DNA of 64,000 bases, taken from contig OZ255842.1 of the NCBI GenBank assembly GCA_965277805.1, positions 2,208,001 to 2,272,000 of the forward strand, in the 5' to 3' direction. Positions within the stretch are counted from its first letter, which is position 1, and the number at the start of each line of letters is the position of its first letter. This document shows, one piece after another, positions 35,914 to 46,622 of the stretch. Position numbers and translations under genes: made by a program. The notes under the pieces were generated by a model, which saw only the letters and a program-made list of their open reading frames with translations, was not told the origin of the DNA and made no database searches. The DNA comes from Candidatus Lustribacter sp. Its GTDB lineage: Bacteria; Vulcanimicrobiota; Vulcanimicrobiia; Vulcanimicrobiales; Vulcanimicrobiaceae.

Positions 35914-36890
35914 GAAACCGCTCCGGCTAAGGACAGCTCGGCGTGACGGCAACAACGCACGCGATGGCTCTCGGCGCCGCGCAGCGGCTGCGCTTGAGCG
36001 CATTCCGGCAGCGCATGCGTGCAGCGCGGCGCAAACCGGCAGCCGCCGGCGAGCTCGGCCAGCGCCGGCAGGCGGCCGGGAATCGCCGGCAGCAGCGTCT
36101 TGGGCGGGCTGAGGCGCGGGATCGAGCGCAGCAGGCCCGATGTGTACGGATGCTGCGGATGCACCAGCACGTCGTCGACCGCCGCATCCTCGACCACCTC
36201 GCCCGCATACATCGTGATGACGCGCGAACACGCCTCCGCGACGACCCCCAAATCGTGCGTGATGAACAGCAGCGCGGTCCCGTTCTTCTCCGTGAGGTTC
36301 AGCAGCAAGTCGAGGATTTGCGCCTGCACGGTCACGTCGAGCGCGGTCGTAGGCTCATCGGCGATCAGCAGCTTCGGCTCGCACGAGAGTGCGATCGCGA
36401 TCATGGCTCGCTGGCGCATGCCGCCCGAGAGCTGGTGCGGATACTCGTGGTAACGGCGCGCGGGCAGGGGGATGCCCACGTCCCCGAGCGCGGCGACGGC
36501 GCGTTCGCGCGCCTCTTTGGGGCTCACGCGGAAATGCGTCCGGATCGTTTCGGCAATTTGTTCGCCCACGGTGAACACGGGGTCGAGCGCGCTCATCGGC
36601 TCTTGAAAAATCATCGCGATGCTGCGGCCGCGAACCTCACGCATCCGGCGTTCGCCGAGCGACGTCAGGTCGGTACCTTCGAAGCCGATGCGCCCGGTCA
36701 CGCGCGCGATGTCCGGCGGCAGCAGCCCGAGGAGCGACAGCCCGGTGACCGTTTTGCCGCACCCGCTTTCGCCGACCAATCCGACGCTCTCGCCGTGCGC
36801 GACGGCGAACGCGAGATCCGAGATCACGCGCCGCTCGCCACCACGCGGCTGCCGAAAGAAAACGTTCAGTCCGGATACATCGAGCAGCAT
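35910..36890 (-). CDS. Peptide ABC ATP-binding protein (DppD-like)
   Basis: GESGCGKT, YPHQLSGGMRQR, ADEPTTALD and GCRFAPRC. Confidence 0.93.
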   Translation of the reverse strand: MLLDVSGLNVFFRQPRGGERRVISDLAFAVAHGESVGLVGESGCGKTVTGLSLLGLLPPDIARVTGRIGFEGTDLTSLGERRMREVRGRSIAMIFQEPMSALDPVFTVGEQIAETIRTHFRVSPKEARERAVAALGDVGIPLPARRYHEYPHQLSGGMRQRAMIAIALSCEPKLLIADEPTTALDVTVQAQILDLLLNLTEKNGTALLFITHDLGVVAEACSRVITMYAGEVVEDAAVDDVLVHPQHPYTSGLLRSIPRLSPPKTLLPAIPGRLPALAELAGGCRFAPRCTHALPECAQAQPLRGAESHRVRCCRHAELSLAGAVS

Positions 36891-36893
36891 TCG

Positions 36894-37286
36894 CTAGTCG
36901 ATCACGGCGATGCCCTGGACCTCGACGACCATGCCCGGCCGCGCGAGCCCCGTGACGGTGATGAGGGCGCTTGCCGGGAAATTATCGCCGAAGATCTCGC
37001 GGCGCAGTTCCGTGAAGCGATCGCCATAGCGCGTGTCGGTGATGAAGACGGTCATCGTCACGATATCGGCCAGCTTACCACCGGCCTCTTCGAGGGTTTT
37101 CCCAAGCCGCGCAAAGATTTCGCGCACTTGTCCGTCAAAATTGCCCGTCAGCGACGTACCGTTCGCATCCTCGGTCACGGTCTGCCCCGCCAACCAAACG
37201 ATTCGCCCACCCTCAGTAATGACGGCCGGCGAAAAGGCACGCGCCTGGGCGAACTCGCGTTTAACATATCGTCGCGTATGACCCAT
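36894..37286 (-). CDS. RidA/YjgF family protein
   Basis: FSPAV, LAGQ and PASALITVTGLARPGMVVEVQGIA. Confidence 0.85.
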   Translation of the reverse strand: MGHTRRYVKREFAQARAFSPAVITEGGRIVWLAGQTVTEDANGTSLTGNFDGQVREIFARLGKTLEEAGGKLADIVTMTVFITDTRYGDRFTELRREIFGDNFPASALITVTGLARPGMVVEVQGIAVID

Positions 37287-37314
37287 AGCATCATCTTCAA
37301 GTTCGCCCTTTCTT

Positions 37315-37349
37315 TGTCATCCCGAGCTTGTCGAGGGACCGCCACAATC
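37315..37349. repeat. REP-like intergenic repeat, copy 2
   Basis: Identical 35-mer to 8214-8248. Confidence 0.8.
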
Positions 37350-37408
37350 ATCAACCTTGGTGACTGTTATTCCAGTGTGTTATCTTGCTATCAGATGGAG
37401 TATTCAAG

Positions 37409-37834
37409 ATGAGCGGACTCGTCCCCAACAAAGCAAAACCGCGCGGTCGCTTCCCGCACGTCCGGCGCGGCGGCGACTTTCTCTTCGTCTCCGGCACGAG
37501 TTCCCGCCGCCCCGACAACACCTTCGCCGGCGCATCGGCGGATGAATCCGGAACGACAAAGCTCGATATCGCCGTACAAACGAAAGCCGTGATCGAAAAC
37601 ATCCGCGATATCCTCGAATCGCAGGGCGCAACGCTCTCCGACCTCGTCGACGTCACCGCGTTTCTCGTGAACATGAACGATTTCGGTGAATACAACCGCG
37701 TCTACGGCGAATTCTTCGACTACGACGGCCCCGCGCGCACGACCGTCGCAGTGCATCAGTTGCCGCATCCGCATCTGCTGATCGAAATCAAAGCGACTGC
37801 ATATCTCCCCGCCGCCGGACCGCCGAAGGAATAG
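37409..37834 (+). CDS. RidA family protein, 2-aminomuconate deaminase-like
   Basis: [24 protein letters not shown] and [22 protein letters not shown], adjacent to the 3-HAO gene. GGAG RBS. Confidence 0.85.
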   Translation: MSGLVPNKAKPRGRFPHVRRGGDFLFVSGTSSRRPDNTFAGASADESGTTKLDIAVQTKAVIENIRDILESQGATLSDLVDVTAFLVNMNDFGEYNRVYGEFFDYDGPARTTVAVHQLPHPHLLIEIKATAYLPAAGPPKE

Positions 37835-39342
<1,508 letters not shown>

Positions 39343-39344
39343 CG

Positions 39345-39656
39345 ATGTTCTGGATCATCTACCAAGAGGACCGGGAAGGCGCGCAGCAGATACGCGATGC
39401 GACCCGCGAAGCGCATTTGGCCTACCTCGCCGAGCACGAAGACGTCGTCTTTCTCGGCGGTGCGCTCCTGGCCGACGACGCGCGCCGCATCGGCAGTTGT
39501 CTGATCGTCAACCTTCCAACCCGCGAGAGTGCCGAACGCTGGTCGGCAAACGAGCCGTTTCGGAAAGCCGGACTGTTTTCAAGCGTCAAGATCACGCGGA
39601 TGCGCAAGGGACAATACAACCCCGACGCCGCACCGAAGACGGCCGAAGGGGACTAG
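39345..39656 (+). CDS. YciI family protein
   Basis: RDATREAHLAYL, GGALL, GSCLIV and EPF. Confidence 0.85.
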   Translation: MFWIIYQEDREGAQQIRDATREAHLAYLAEHEDVVFLGGALLADDARRIGSCLIVNLPTRESAERWSANEPFRKAGLFSSVKITRMRKGQYNPDAAPKTAEGD

Positions 39657-39662
39657 CTCGAC

Positions 39663-40328
39663 GTGCCGTCGCATGCGCGCGAGCGAAGTCTGACCGCGCT
39701 GGTCGTCATCGAGGCCGTTGAGCTCTTTGTGCTCGCACCCCTCTCCGCGACGGCGGGCGCACCGTTCGTCATCGTCGCTTCGATCGTCGTCGCAAACGTC
39801 GCCGCCGTGCTCGCGATCGTGTGGCATATCCGGCCGGCGGTCATAGCCGTACTGCTCGCCGCCGCGACCGAACTCGCCGCGGTCGTGCTGCGTTTCGTGC
39901 GGCCGTCCGAACGAACCGAGGTCCTCGATTTTGCGGCCGCTCTAATCCTGCTGGTTGCGCTCACCGTGGTGCTCGGGATCGCGGTGTTCGGCCCGGGCCG
40001 CGTGACCATCCATCGCATCTTGGGGGCGATCGCGATCTATTTCAACGTCGCGGCGACCTGGGCGCTCGCATACCGCATGATCGATGCGTTTTCTCCGGGA
40101 GCGTTCTCGTCGAACCACGTGGGATCGAGCCCCGGACACGGCATTGCCGGTCTCATTTACTTCAGCTTCGCCACCCTGACAACGTCCGGCTACGGCGACA
40201 TCGTCCCGGTCCAGCCATTCGCGCGTTCCTTAGCGAACGTGGAAGCGGTGATCGGCCAGCTCTTCCCCGCCACGCTGCTGGCACGTCTCATCACACTCGA
40301 ACTCGAACATCGGCGGGAGGCCCGCTAA
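39663..40328 (+). CDS. Potassium channel family (two-pore domain) membrane protein
   Basis: Pore signature YFSFATLTTSGYGDIVP with flanking TM helices. Confidence 0.85.
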   Translation: MPSHARERSLTALVVIEAVELFVLAPLSATAGAPFVIVASIVVANVAAVLAIVWHIRPAVIAVLLAAATELAAVVLRFVRPSERTEVLDFAAALILLVALTVVLGIAVFGPGRVTIHRILGAIAIYFNVAATWALAYRMIDAFSPGAFSSNHVGSSPGHGIAGLIYFSFATLTTSGYGDIVPVQPFARSLANVEAVIGQLFPATLLARLITLELEHRREAR

Positions 40329-40329
40329 A

Positions 40330-41208
40330 TCACGCGAGGCCGGCTCGCTGACGGCAACAGCCGAGCGCGAAATCCAGCTGTTCGTCCTGGAATCGCGCTC
40401 CGGCCTTATGAAAGTCGATGCAATGACCCGCGTCCGCGACGATTGCAGCGGAACTGCCCGTTACTCCGGACAGCAAACCTGAAAGCTCTTGGATTTCCGC
40501 ATCGTTCACGACCCACAAGCCGTCTTGCTCGGCGAGTCGAAATTGCACGGGAACGGCGAGCGACGTGAGCAGCGTCCGCGCGTTTTGCGGCCAGACGGTA
40601 TTGATCTCGAGCAGTTCTCGCGTTGCGATCGGAACATACGCGGGACGTACGAGTTCCGAGATCCCGCTGTTCACGGTTTCCGCGGTGCCGAACATCAGCC
40701 GGTCTTTGTTTTCGGCCGAGGTCGCAACCCACGTGTCGGCTGGGAACTTCTCGAAGTAACTGTTGAGCGCCGGGTTCGGGGTAAGGCCGGCGCCGGATAC
40801 GGCGACACCGGCTAGCGGCCAGCTATGCGCTTGCGCTGCGAGCATCACCGCCAGAGCCGCGCCGATCGAGTGACCGATCAGCACAACACTGCCGCACGCG
40901 CTCTCGAATTGCGGCCACAAGCGATCGAGCGCCTGAGAGAGCCATTCAGCGTTTGCCGCAAGCGATTGCAACTCGTGGCCGTCGGCGCGCGAATGGCCGT
41001 ATCCAAGCCGATCGAGAGCCACGATGCCATAGCCGCGCGCGGCGGCGCGCTCGATCAGCGAATAGCCCGGGATGTCGAAATATTCCGACGTGAAGCCGCC
41101 GCCGTGAATGGCGACGATCAACGGCAATCGATCCGAGCCTTGTGCGGCCGGCCGGACGCGGCCCGACGCCGTGAACGCCGGCTCGTCGATCAAGAGTTCG
41201 GCATTCAT
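40330..41208 (-). CDS. Alpha/beta hydrolase
   Basis: IHGGG, DRLGYGHS, nucleophile elbow GHSIG and AGHCIDFH. Confidence 0.87.
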   Translation of the reverse strand: MNAELLIDEPAFTASGRVRPAAQGSDRLPLIVAIHGGGFTSEYFDIPGYSLIERAAARGYGIVALDRLGYGHSRADGHELQSLAANAEWLSQALDRLWPQFESACGSVVLIGHSIGAALAVMLAAQAHSWPLAGVAVSGAGLTPNPALNSYFEKFPADTWVATSAENKDRLMFGTAETVNSGISELVRPAYVPIATRELLEINTVWPQNARTLLTSLAVPVQFRLAEQDGLWVVNDAEIQELSGLLSGVTGSSAAIVADAGHCIDFHKAGARFQDEQLDFALGCCRQRAGLA

Positions 41209-42152
41209 CCCTTGAAGATCATATCGGACGCGGGGAACGTCGGGAATTTCTGATACTTTGCCACGATGTCGATGAGCGGCTGAATCTGCGCATTGACGAG
41301 CTTGTCGGTATAGGTCGCACGGTGACCGATCGTCAGCATCGCCGGATCGGCCTTCAGTTTATCGATGAGAATCGGAACGACTTTGTCGGGATTGGCATTG
41401 GCCCACACGCCGGCCTGGTTCATCGAGCGGACGAAGCGGGAGACGAGATCCGCATGCGACTTTGCCCAGGCGGCCGTTGCGAACCAGGCCGTGGCAAGAT
41501 ACACGGGCGGCATCACGTCATCAGCGGTGGTCAAGAGCTTCACTTGGCCCTTGCGGGTGGCGATCGTGAAGAATGGTTCGTTCAACCAGCCGGCGTCGGC
41601 CCGGCCGGCGGCGATGGCGTCGCCGATTGCGGGAAACGGCACCTCGCTGAACTTCATCGACGCCGAATCGCCGCCGTTTTTATCGACCCAGGCCTTGGGC
41701 ACAAACTCCGCAATCGTTCCGAGACCGGAAATGGCGAACGTCTTGCCGGTCAGGTCTTGTGCGCCTTTGATCGTCGAGTTCGCAGCCACGACGATCCCGC
41801 CCTGAACGACACCGCGCTCGACGACGGCCTGCGGCCCGACGATGACGATCGGCAATCCCTTGATGTGGGCGAGAGCGAGCGTGGTGACCGTCGCGCTTCC
41901 GATGTCGTACGTTCCCGACAACAGCGCTTGTAGGATGACCGGACTGGTTGTAACCGTGGTCACGTCGACGCCGATGCCGGCCTTATCGAGGTAACCGTTG
42001 GCCTGCGCGTAGTAGGGCTGGCATGAGGGCTCGATCGGCTGGATGGCAACCTTCAGCGTTGGAAGATCGGCGGCGCGCGCGGCTTGCGCAAAGCTCGGAA
42101 GAGCCAGCGCGCCGGCGATCGCCTGTGCCGCGCGGAGTCGGGTCATGGGCAT
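41205..42152 (-). CDS. ABC solute-binding protein, NMT1/SsuA-like (orphan)
   Basis: QDLTGKT, WVDKNGGDSASMKFSEVPFP, WANANPD and IQPLID. Start ATG 42152 or 42146. Confidence 0.85.
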   Translation of the reverse strand: MPMTRLRAAQAIAGALALPSFAQAARAADLPTLKVAIQPIEPSCQPYYAQANGYLDKAGIGVDVTTVTTSPVILQALLSGTYDIGSATVTTLALAHIKGLPIVIVGPQAVVERGVVQGGIVVAANSTIKGAQDLTGKTFAISGLGTIAEFVPKAWVDKNGGDSASMKFSEVPFPAIGDAIAAGRADAGWLNEPFFTIATRKGQVKLLTTADDVMPPVYLATAWFATAAWAKSHADLVSRFVRSMNQAGVWANANPDKVVPILIDKLKADPAMLTIGHRATYTDKLVNAQIQPLIDIVAKYQKFPTFPASDMIFKG

Positions 42153-42156
42153 GGGT

Positions 42157-42609
42157 TCACTCCAATCCAAGAGAGAGGTTGCGATAGATCTTTCCGAGAG
42201 CGCTTCGAAGCGCCGCGCGTTCCGCAGCGGTAACGCCCTGGAGATACTTCTTCTCGTTGCTGATTGCCATCGGCATGAGGGTCTCGATCAGCGCCCGGCC
42301 CTTCGCCGTGATCGTGAGGTTTAAGGTCCGGGTGTCTTCCGGAACGCGCGTGCGAACGATGAGCCGTTCGCGTTCCAGCGTTGCAGTAAGACGGGAAAAC
42401 GTCGGGGCTCCGATGCTCGCGAGTTCCATGCACGTCGCGAACGAGCAGCTGCCGCGTTCCCACAAAAGAAACAAGACGCGCCATTTCGGAACCGTCAGGC
42501 CGTGCGGTTCGAATTCGGACGCCGCATACGTGAGCATCGCCGTCGCCGCACGGTTCACGAGGAACGGGATGTAGGTTTCAAACGAGAGCGCGCGCGACCG
42601 TTTAGCCAA
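42157..42609 (-). CDS. MarR family regulator
   Basis: YIPFLVNR, GLTVPKWRVL, PTFSR and EDTRTLNLTITAKG. TTG start overlaps the Rieske stop; start uncertain. Confidence 0.87.
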   Translation of the reverse strand: MAKRSRALSFETYIPFLVNRAATAMLTYAASEFEPHGLTVPKWRVLFLLWERGSCSFATCMELASIGAPTFSRLTATLERERLIVRTRVPEDTRTLNLTITAKGRALIETLMPMAISNEKKYLQGVTAAERAALRSALGKIYRNLSLGLE

Positions 42610-43924
42610 GCTTCGACCGGTAGTCTTCCATCGGCGAGCGCTGCTGATACTTCTTCCAGACCTCGAGCGAAAACGCACGCAACGCAGCCGGATCGTCGGC
42701 GTCGATGCCGGCCTCCGAGACGGGCACGATGTAGTCGTTGGCATAGGTCGGCGGCACGTCGGCCTGATTGAGATAGAACCCGTGCGGGGGATTCTCGCCG
42801 GCGGCCACCGCCTCGATCCCGCGGCGGATCATCTTGCGGAACATCGTCACACCGCGATCCAACGTCCCTAGCTGCTCCAGTGAATGCACGGAAATAGCGC
42901 CTTGGCTCTCCTGCGCGTCAACGTCGCCGGGGATCCACTGGCGCTCTTCGTAGGAGCGGTCGTTGTGAAATTGGCCGAATTTTTCCAACGGCTCCCGCTG
43001 TTCGGGAGACATGCCGCCGTCGAGGTAATGACTGAGGTAAAACTGGATGCTGTGCTCTGAGTCGACCGGTAAGGTCCAGAGCGTGAGGAACGGCGCACTC
43101 GAATATTTCGCCACGCGGCCGCTCTCGACGACCGAACTGATCGTGTGCACGTTCGGATAGACGATTTCCGCCGACCGCACCCACACCATGTCGTCCACTT
43201 TGCGCGTGCCGAGATAGATGCAGCCGTTCGGCGTTTCCACCCACGTCAATTCGGGCGACACGCCGAACTCGCCGGCGAAGGTATCCTTCGTGACGCCGCG
43301 CATCAGCGGGATCATGTGCAGCGTCGCCGTGTGATGCGGATCCACGGCGTTTTCTTTCATCTGCAGCCAGTTGCACTCGAGCGGAAATCGCATACCGGGA
43401 ACGTCGCGCACGTTCGAGAGCCCGAACCGATCGAGAATCGGGAACACGGGAATGTTATCGGGCGGCCCCATGTAGATGAAAACGATCCCGCAGTAGATCT
43501 CGACCGGATAGCCGCCTTGATTGACTTGTTGCATGATCCGCGCGGCATTCGGATCGCCCGGAACGTCGATGCACGCACCGTCAACCGCGTACTCCCGGCC
43601 GTGGTAGCAGCAACGGATGCCGTCGTCGGTCAGGATGCCGAATTCGAGCGAGCTATTGCGGTGGCAGCATTGCAAGTGCAGGCAGCCGGCCTCGCCTTTG
43701 AGATTCTTGAAAACGATGAGATCTTCGCCGAGCGCACGCACGCGCAAGGGCACCTTACCGAGTTCGCGCTCGTAAGCGACGGGCTGCCAGAAGCGGCGAT
43801 GGAAATCTCCGCCCGGCGTCCCGCGCTCGACCGCGGTCAAAAAGCGATCGGGTTCTCCGTTGAGATTCCGGTAAAACCCCTTGAAGGCGGCACGCTTGGC
43901 CGGACGCTCGTTGGTAATCGACAT
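42602..43924 (-). CDS. Rieske non-heme iron oxygenase alpha subunit (phthalate-DO-like)
   Basis: CCHRN...RCCYHG, ENAVDPHHTATLH and GTPGGDFHRRFWQPV. ATG 43924 with a GGGGAG RBS. Confidence 0.9.
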   Translation of the reverse strand: MSITNERPAKRAAFKGFYRNLNGEPDRFLTAVERGTPGGDFHRRFWQPVAYERELGKVPLRVRALGEDLIVFKNLKGEAGCLHLQCCHRNSSLEFGILTDDGIRCCYHGREYAVDGACIDVPGDPNAARIMQQVNQGGYPVEIYCGIVFIYMGPPDNIPVFPILDRFGLSNVRDVPGMRFPLECNWLQMKENAVDPHHTATLHMIPLMRGVTKDTFAGEFGVSPELTWVETPNGCIYLGTRKVDDMVWVRSAEIVYPNVHTISSVVESGRVAKYSSAPFLTLWTLPVDSEHSIQFYLSHYLDGGMSPEQREPLEKFGQFHNDRSYEERQWIPGDVDAQESQGAISVHSLEQLGTLDRGVTMFRKMIRRGIEAVAAGENPPHGFYLNQADVPPTYANDYIVPVSEAGIDADDPAALRAFSLEVWKKYQQRSPMEDYRSKLG

Positions 43925-43948
43925 CTCAGGCTCCCCAGCCACGGGCAG

Positions 43949-43983
43949 ATCGTTGCAGCTGAAATGAATTCGCTTGCAACGAT
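43949..43983. promoter_or_regulatory. Inverted repeat, probable tandem MarR boxes
   Basis: ATCGTTGCA...TGCAACGAT arms and inner imperfect palindrome TCGTTGCAGCTGAAATGA, upstream of the Rieske-marR-SBP-hydrolase run. Confidence 0.6.
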
Positions 43984-44126
43984 TTCTCCGTCCCGAATGC
44001 AGGACCTCCGAGGGCTTGCTTCTCCAGGTTTGCTTCGAGCGATCCGCCGATCGCACCGGCAATCACCTGGGCGAAACTGCGGGCGCTCTCCGAAGGCGCA
44101 GCGCTCGCCTCACATCGCCTCTGGCA

Positions 44127-45137
44127 CTAGCGCACGTGGGCATCGATCCAGTGCTGGATCAGGTCGGCGATCGCTTCGTTATTCTTTTCGATGGCCATCG
44201 TGTGGCCGTTGCCGTGCAGGCCGACATCGGGTAGGAACACCGACGTCGCATCGCCGCCGAGCGCGGTGAGGCTTTGCGTGAATTTGCGGCCGTCGCCCGG
44301 ATCGAGATTGTCACCCATGATGCCGAGGAACGGCACTTTGGCCATCTCGGCGAGCACCGGATTGTTGCCGTCGGCGCCGGGGAAAACTTCCAACCCGATC
44401 ACGCCCTTCACCACGCCCGGACGTTTGCTCGCGGCGACCATCACGTTCCCGGTTCCCGTCGACCAGCCGAGCAAAATGCACGCGCCGAGTTTGTCGACGA
44501 GCGCCTCGAGCGCGCGATGGATCAGCGGGTTTTGCGCGGCGTCGCGATACGCCGCCTGAATTTGTTTGAGGTAGTCATCGAGGTGGTCGAACGGAAACTG
44601 CGCGTTCGGATAGGGCGTGCCGTACGTTGGTCCCCAGCGAAACGCAAGCCATGCCGACTGCGCGGAGTAAATGTTGGCCGCCTCGAGTTTTGAAGGCGGC
44701 TCCAGACCCGCAGTCACGGCGAGGCGGTTCGTCGGATCCCACCCGGCGCGCCCGCGATTGGGTGCATCGACCGCGTACACGGCAAAGCCGCGGCGCGTGA
44801 AACTGGTGAACCAGCCTTCGCGGCCGTCGGGCGTGGTGCGATAGAAATTCCCCGTATGCCCGCCGCCGTGCAAAAAAACCAACGGATATTTGTACTTCCG
44901 CGCAACGGGAATCTGGTACTCGACGTACATCTGACCGGTTTCGATGTCGCCCGGCAGCGAGCGGACATCGCCCGGTCCGAGACTGGAACCCGGCGTGCGA
45001 AATTGCCGATCGCCGCTCACGTAGAACGTTCCCTGCTCTTGCAGTTCGAGCGTGCCACGTGCGGGTGCGGCTGCAACGCTGGATGTTGCCGCAACCGTCG
45101 CGGCGATACCCGACCCGATGAGCGAACGTCTTTTCAT
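44127..45137 (-). CDS. Exported alpha/beta hydrolase (esterase-like)
   Basis: Tat-like MKRRSLIG, GQMYVEY, HGGGHTG, TPDGREGW, GWSTG elbow and GNGHTM. Confidence 0.82.
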   Translation of the reverse strand: MKRRSLIGSGIAATVAATSSVAAAPARGTLELQEQGTFYVSGDRQFRTPGSSLGPGDVRSLPGDIETGQMYVEYQIPVARKYKYPLVFLHGGGHTGNFYRTTPDGREGWFTSFTRRGFAVYAVDAPNRGRAGWDPTNRLAVTAGLEPPSKLEAANIYSAQSAWLAFRWGPTYGTPYPNAQFPFDHLDDYLKQIQAAYRDAAQNPLIHRALEALVDKLGACILLGWSTGTGNVMVAASKRPGVVKGVIGLEVFPGADGNNPVLAEMAKVPFLGIMGDNLDPGDGRKFTQSLTALGGDATSVFLPDVGLHGNGHTMAIEKNNEAIADLIQHWIDAHVR

Positions 45138-45174
45138 AATGCGACCTTTCCAGTGCCGATCCGGGGCCCCTCGC

Positions 45175-46014
45175 TTACGACGGATGACGGATCTTCGGAT
45201 AATGTTTAAGCGATAGGTCGATGCATTTGGAAGCCGGCGTTCGGCCCGTAAACCGCGCTCCGTTTATCGGCGCGAGGGTGCCCTCACCGGCGAACGTGCC
45301 CGGGGTCGTCTCAACCCATTGCAACCCCCGCCCGCGGTACATGCATGTAAAGACGTACGACTTGGGCCGCGCGTCGTCATCGCTCTTAACCATCACGTGA
45401 CTCAGCGTCCCACTGATGCGGTCGCCATATCGCTGGACCTCGTCGCCGAGCTGAAAATAGAGCGGGAGACGAAAATCAAAGAAATCGCTCGTTTTCGCGA
45501 CGCAGACGGTCCGATGATCGACGGACATCGTTAGGCTCGGACCGCTGACCGCAATCCCGAATGTGTGGGGGAGCCGATCGTCGAGAAAGATCGATGAATC
45601 AGCGTAGATCAGCTTGCCATCACGCCCGGCCCACGTAAACGCCACCTCCTGCCGGTAATTAAAGCGGGACCACCGCAATAGATTGATTTGCACGAAAGGG
45701 AGCAGAAACTGTTGTGACGCTTTGCCGCGCGGAATGAGGATGATCCAGTCAGCGTAAAAGACGCCCCGGTTCCGGGCGATTTTCGGCAGCGTTAGGGCGG
45801 CGGAAATTGAAAAGTTGCGCCGAAAATTGCCGTACGCATAGAGGACGCTTGCTCCGTTGACGTCGGCCGAGTCGTGAGCATGCGGTGCCGCCGGCGGCAA
45901 TTCTGCACTGCAATGCATGATACTCGCATAGGATCTTGCCGCAGCGTTTGCCTGACAGCCGGCAACGAGCATAAAGAGTACACATACTCGAACGAAGTTT
46001 ATTCGCGCGCTCAT
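45175..46014 (-). CDS. Hypothetical exported/lipoprotein
   Basis: ATG 46014 overlaps the GNAT stop (ATGA). Hydrophobic N-terminus with lipobox-like LVAG-C and a beta-rich aromatic body. No family recognised. Confidence 0.55.
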   Translation of the reverse strand: MSARINFVRVCVLFMLVAGCQANAAARSYASIMHCSAELPPAAPHAHDSADVNGASVLYAYGNFRRNFSISAALTLPKIARNRGVFYADWIILIPRGKASQQFLLPFVQINLLRWSRFNYRQEVAFTWAGRDGKLIYADSSIFLDDRLPHTFGIAVSGPSLTMSVDHRTVCVAKTSDFFDFRLPLYFQLGDEVQRYGDRISGTLSHVMVKSDDDARPKSYVFTCMYRGRGLQWVETTPGTFAGEGTLAPINGARFTGRTPASKCIDLSLKHYPKIRHPS

Positions 46015-46613
46015 TCGGGGTGGTGCCATCGGCGTCCGGCGTCCGGTGAGTCGAGCGAAGAAAATGGGATCGGCTCGCTCGGTGCATCGGCGGCGCCTTC
46101 GCCGCCCAGTTGAAGACCGTACCACGCGACGTCGTGCCACGCTCCGAGCTTCCAGCCGACGCGCTGATAGGTGCCGACCAGCTCGAAGCCGGCGGCGCGA
46201 TGGAGCGCTATGCTCGCATCATTCGGAAGCGCGATGCCGGCGTAGGCGTTGCGAAAGCCCTGCTCGCGAAGTATCTGAAAGAGACGTTCGTACAACCGCC
46301 GGCCCACGCCCCGTCCGCGAAAGCGCTCGTGCACGTATGCGGAGACGTCGACCGACCAACGGTAGGCAGCCCGGTCACGATGTTTCGACGCATACGCGTA
46401 GCCGGCGACCTCTCCGCCGCTCGCCGCCGTCAGCCACGGCGTCGACAGCAAGGTCCGAACGATGCGCTCGCGCATTTCCTCAACGGTCGGCGCTTCTTCT
46501 TCGAACGAGACGGCGGTTCGCTCCGCAAACGGGCCGTAGATTTCCGCGCATGCGGCAGCATCGTCGGGGCGAGCGATCCGGATGTCGAATTCAGACGATG
46601 CCGAGCTGCCCAA
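46011..46613 (-). CDS. GNAT N-acetyltransferase, phosphinothricin/arsinothricin (Pat/ArsN1)-like
   Basis: TAVSFEEEAPTVEEM, RAAYRWSVDVSAYV, RGRGVG, ALPNDASIALH and GWKLGAWHDV. Confidence 0.88.
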   Translation of the reverse strand: MGSSASSEFDIRIARPDDAAACAEIYGPFAERTAVSFEEEAPTVEEMRERIVRTLLSTPWLTAASGGEVAGYAYASKHRDRAAYRWSVDVSAYVHERFRGRGVGRRLYERLFQILREQGFRNAYAGIALPNDASIALHRAAGFELVGTYQRVGWKLGAWHDVAWYGLQLGGEGAADAPSEPIPFSSLDSPDAGRRWHHPE

Positions 46614-46622
46614 CCGGATCTC

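Noticed and set aside
8214-37349. CRISPR array based on the 35-bp repeats
   Set aside because: Copies are 10-20 kb apart, with no spacer periodicity and no cas genes.
43984-44126. Possible small gene or ncRNA between the Rieske promoter and the esterase stop
   Set aside because: No convincing RBS, motif or stable hairpin was seen, so it cannot be supported.
46011-46613. Arsenic-resistance locus implied by the ArsN1-like GNAT
   Set aside because: No arsR/arsC/arsB/acr3 nearby, and the substrate cannot be assigned.
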